Of a stretch of DNA of 64,000 nucleotides, positions 62,080-64,000 are shown in pieces. Under the pieces are notes generated by a model. The model saw only the letters and a list, made by a program, of their open reading frames with translations, did no database searches and was not told the origin of the DNA. Numbering within the stretch: position 1 is the first letter of the stretch; each line of letters opens with the position of its first letter. Origin of the DNA: Oscillospiraceae bacterium (GTDB taxonomy: Bacteria > Bacillota > Clostridia > Oscillospirales > Oscillospiraceae); assembly GCA_963628785.1 (NCBI GenBank), contig CAVGGQ010000001.1, forward strand, positions 23,969 to 87,968. Reading direction: 5' to 3'. The position numbers and the translations under genes are program-made.

Positions 62080-62785
62080 AATTCTTATAGTGGAGGATGA
62101 CGAGACCATCGCTGCATTCCTCGTGGCGGTGCTCAATGCCAATGGCTTTGATACCATCTGCGCGAGCATGGGCAAAGAGGCCGTATCCCTCATCAGCTCC
62201 CACTGCCCGGATTTGGTGCTGCTCGACCTGAGCCTGCCGGACATGGACGGCATGGAGATCCTTGAGGGGCTGCGGAAGTGGTCGACGCTGCCGGTGATCG
62301 TCGTGTCCGCGCGCGGGCGCGAACGGGACAAGGTCGCGGCACTCGACATAGGCGCGGATGACTATCTCACGAAGCCCTTCGGCCCGGGCGAGCTGCTCGC
62401 GCGCATCCGTGCGGCACTCCGCCACGTGCGCACTGCCGCCGGGGGAGAGGCCGGACGGACCGGCGTGTATCGCTGCGGTGATCTGGAAGTGGATTTTATG
62501 CGCCGCCGCGTTCGCATCGGCGGCGAGGATATTCACCTCACGCAGAGCGAGTACCGCATCCTATCCCTGCTCGCTTTGCATGCGGGCAAGGTGCTGACGT
62601 ATGATTTCATCCTCCGGGAGCTGTGGGGGCCGTCGGCCGGCAGCAGCAACCAGATCCTCCGCGTCAACGTTGCCAACATCCGCCGCAAAATCGAAAAGAA
62701 CCCCGCAGAGCCGAAATATATTTTCACCGAGATCGGCGTAGGCTATCGAATGACCGACGCCGACCCGCGGGAAAACAAAACCTGA
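62063..62785 (+). CDS. KdpE-like OmpR-family response regulator
   Basis: 240 aa. ILIVEDDETI, LVLLDLSLPDMDG, PVIVVSARG, GADDYLTKPF, and a winged-helix end GVGYRM. Confidence 0.85.
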   Translation: METKDKILIVEDDETIAAFLVAVLNANGFDTICASMGKEAVSLISSHCPDLVLLDLSLPDMDGMEILEGLRKWSTLPVIVVSARGRERDKVAALDIGADDYLTKPFGPGELLARIRAALRHVRTAAGGEAGRTGVYRCGDLEVDFMRRRVRIGGEDIHLTQSEYRILSLLALHAGKVLTYDFILRELWGPSAGSSNQILRVNVANIRRKIEKNPAEPKYIFTEIGVGYRMTDADPRENKT

Positions 62786-62791
62786 AACAGC

Positions 62792-62826
62792 GAGCCGCCT
62801 CAAGGGAAACCCCCGAGAGGCGGCTC
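62792..62826. terminator. Stem-loop terminator between convergent units
   Basis: A 10-bp stem pairs GAGCCGCCTC (62792-62801) with GAGGCGGCTC (62817-62826). On the minus strand, T-rich sequence follows. Confidence 0.55.
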
Positions 62827-62844
62827 ACTGTGCTTCGAGCGCAT

Positions 62845-62960
62845 TTATTCACCGACTTGCTCGTAGCGGGCGGTAACGCGTGTCGCGCCGTCGTAGGTGC
62901 AGGTGAAGAGGGCGAGGTCGTATTCGCCGGAGATCATTTCGTCGATCGCACCGGGGGCGC
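62845..62960 (-). pseudogene. C-terminal remnant of a sortase
   Basis: My own translation of the frame ending at TAA 62847-62845: ..GAIDEMISGEYDLALFTCTYDGATRVTARYEQVGE*. This resembles the conserved sortase end (L-x-T-C-T..R..V). No upstream catalytic part is present. Confidence 0.5.
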
Positions 62961-63272
62961 GAGCTTCGCCATTTTCGGGGCGGCGCTCACATCGTAAACA
63001 TACACGCCGTTCTCATTCTGCGGAACGGAAATGATAAACGGAGAAATGTTTTGATAATTTTCGGAGGACTTCGTCTGCTGAATGAGATAGAGCCCTGGCT
63101 CAACGGCAGAGAACACGACGGAGCCGTTGTCGTTGCAGATGGAGACAAGGCAGCCAAAAGCGCCCGCCCAAATTAATGCAACGTAAAACCATTGACTTAA
63201 AAATCCGAAAATGCCACCTGCAATCAGCATCAAGATACCTGCAGCCATCAACGAGCTGACTTTTTTCTCCAT
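62934..63272 (-). pseudogene. Chimeric ORF: a two-TM N-terminus fused to a fragment of a SpaA-type pilin domain
   Basis: MEKKVSSLMAAGILMLIAGGIF.. then GSVVFSAVEPGLYLIQQTKSSENYQNISPFIISVPQNENGVYVYDVSAAPK. The pattern is pilin-like: G-Y-x-L-x-E-T, P-F-x-V-x-V-P, YDV-x-V-Y-PK. There is no signal/LPXTG context. A GGGAG SD precedes the ATG at 63272. Confidence 0.45.
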
Positions 63273-63297
63273 GATTGACTCCCGTAATACTGTGATT

Positions 63298-64000
63298 TTA
63301 TATTGTTTCAAAGATTCTTGCACCCTTTGTCATCAACCAATGATGAAGCCATCCGGCGGCAATGAACAATCCTGCACAGAGCAGTATGAGAAAAGCACTC
63401 ACACTGACGACATTGCGCAAAAGCACATAGATACCAGCAAATACAACAATAATTAGCCAACCGCCGAACAGTGCCGCTGCGACAGGCATGCTTTGCTTGA
63501 TCGGCACGATTTCGCTTGTCCAATGGAAATTTGGCATTTTCAGGTTCAAGGACAGCCCGATTTCTGCCATCAGCAGTGGGAAAAGTGCAGCTAATAAAGG
63601 AAGCAGGACGGCGCAAAGCAGCTTCGGTTTCATCAGCCATTCCAGAACAACCACCGGCGGAATTGCGGGGATCCCGGTCAAAAGCAACTGCAGCATCAGC
63701 TTTGCCCGCAGTACCTGTCTGCCGGATACCGGCAAGGACTGCGTGATCCACAGATTCTTTCCTTCCAGTGAAACGGAGGGAGCCGCCATATCGTTCATGG
63801 TCGTAAGCAAACAGACGATTGCAGCGGCAAGAAGTGGAGTGAGATCTGCAAATTTCGGCACTGTGATGAACTGGCGAATCACATCTGCCTTCCATACCAA
63901 CGCTACTGCCGAAACAGGCATCAGGACGATCCCCAAGCCGCAGCTGAGCATATAATTGGCGCTGCCGGTAAAGCACTGAAGCTCCTTTCGGAGTAATGCA
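63298..64000 (-). CDS. ABC exporter permease-like polytopic membrane protein; the 5' end lies outside the window
   Basis: The reading frame is open to the window edge (..LLRKELQCFTGSANYMLSCGLG..). EGKNLWITQSLPVSGRQVLRAKL is followed by several TM helices. The family assignment is from memory of 'putative ABC exporter' permeases. Confidence 0.55.
   Translation of the reverse strand, partial: ALLRKELQCFTGSANYMLSCGLGIVLMPVSAVALVWKADVIRQFITVPKFADLTPLLAAAIVCLLTTMNDMAAPSVSLEGKNLWITQSLPVSGRQVLRAKLMLQLLLTGIPAIPPVVVLEWLMKPKLLCAVLLPLLAALFPLLMAEIGLSLNLKMPNFHWTSEIVPIKQSMPVAAALFGGWLIIVVFAGIYVLLRNVVSVSAFLILLCAGLFIAAGWLHHWLMTKGARIFETI

Noticed and set aside
1-64000. Search for tRNA, rRNA, transposase, integrase, toxin-antitoxin or known phage-defence genes
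   Set aside because: No cloverleaf-capable intergenic sequence, rRNA-like segment or mobility/defence protein motif was recognised in any frame. Intergenic regions are explained by promoters, terminators and the repeat family.

Overview
This 64-kb window looks like a high-G+C Gram-positive chromosome. A Clostridia or Oscillospiraceae-like gut anaerobe is only an inference from gene content, AGGAGG-type ribosome-binding sites, lipoboxes and pilin/sortase remnants. I saw no rRNA, tRNA, CRISPR array, transposase or integrase.

Gene content from left to right:
- 1-9.9 kb: an unusual locus. A divergent OYE/2-enoate-reductase gene sits next to one operon. The operon encodes a CooC-type ATPase, two paralogous 2-hydroxyacyl-CoA-dehydratase-like alpha/beta modules and a single HgdC-type activase. 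It also encodes a stand-alone acetyl-CoA-synthase (ACS/CdhC) middle-domain-like protein and two paralogous tiny membrane peptides. This is the best candidate for an undescribed system.
- 10-15 kb: decayed sugar-utilisation genes. These are a GH3 with an in-frame deletion, a GPH-transporter/GH78 deletion fusion, and an AraC gene with two in-frame stops. An intact PAP2 phosphatase lies among them.
- 15-18 kb: uxaC, an SDR and an AraC regulator.
- 18-24 kb: three GT-C-type membrane glycosyltransferases.
- 24-29 kb: an Fbp-like ABC importer and a HAD phosphatase.
- 29-33 kb: potABCD.
- 33-37 kb: an amino-acid ABC system that includes a circularly permuted binding protein.
- 37-47 kb: an XRE/membrane-protein pair, mnmA, mnmG, pepD, htrA and a CssRS-like two-component system.
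- 47-49 kb: a LytTR two-component system.
- 49-55 kb: a visibly lower-G+C island holding a domain-permuted GH3, a lipoprotein and a membrane protein.
- 55-64 kb: an intact GH3, glf, a GT2, ispE, a KdpDE-like pair, pilin/sortase remnants and a partial ABC exporter permease.

A roughly 160-bp MITE-like repeat family with terminal inverted repeats occurs in at least three copies. All calls come from reading the sequence and from remembered family motifs. No searches were run.
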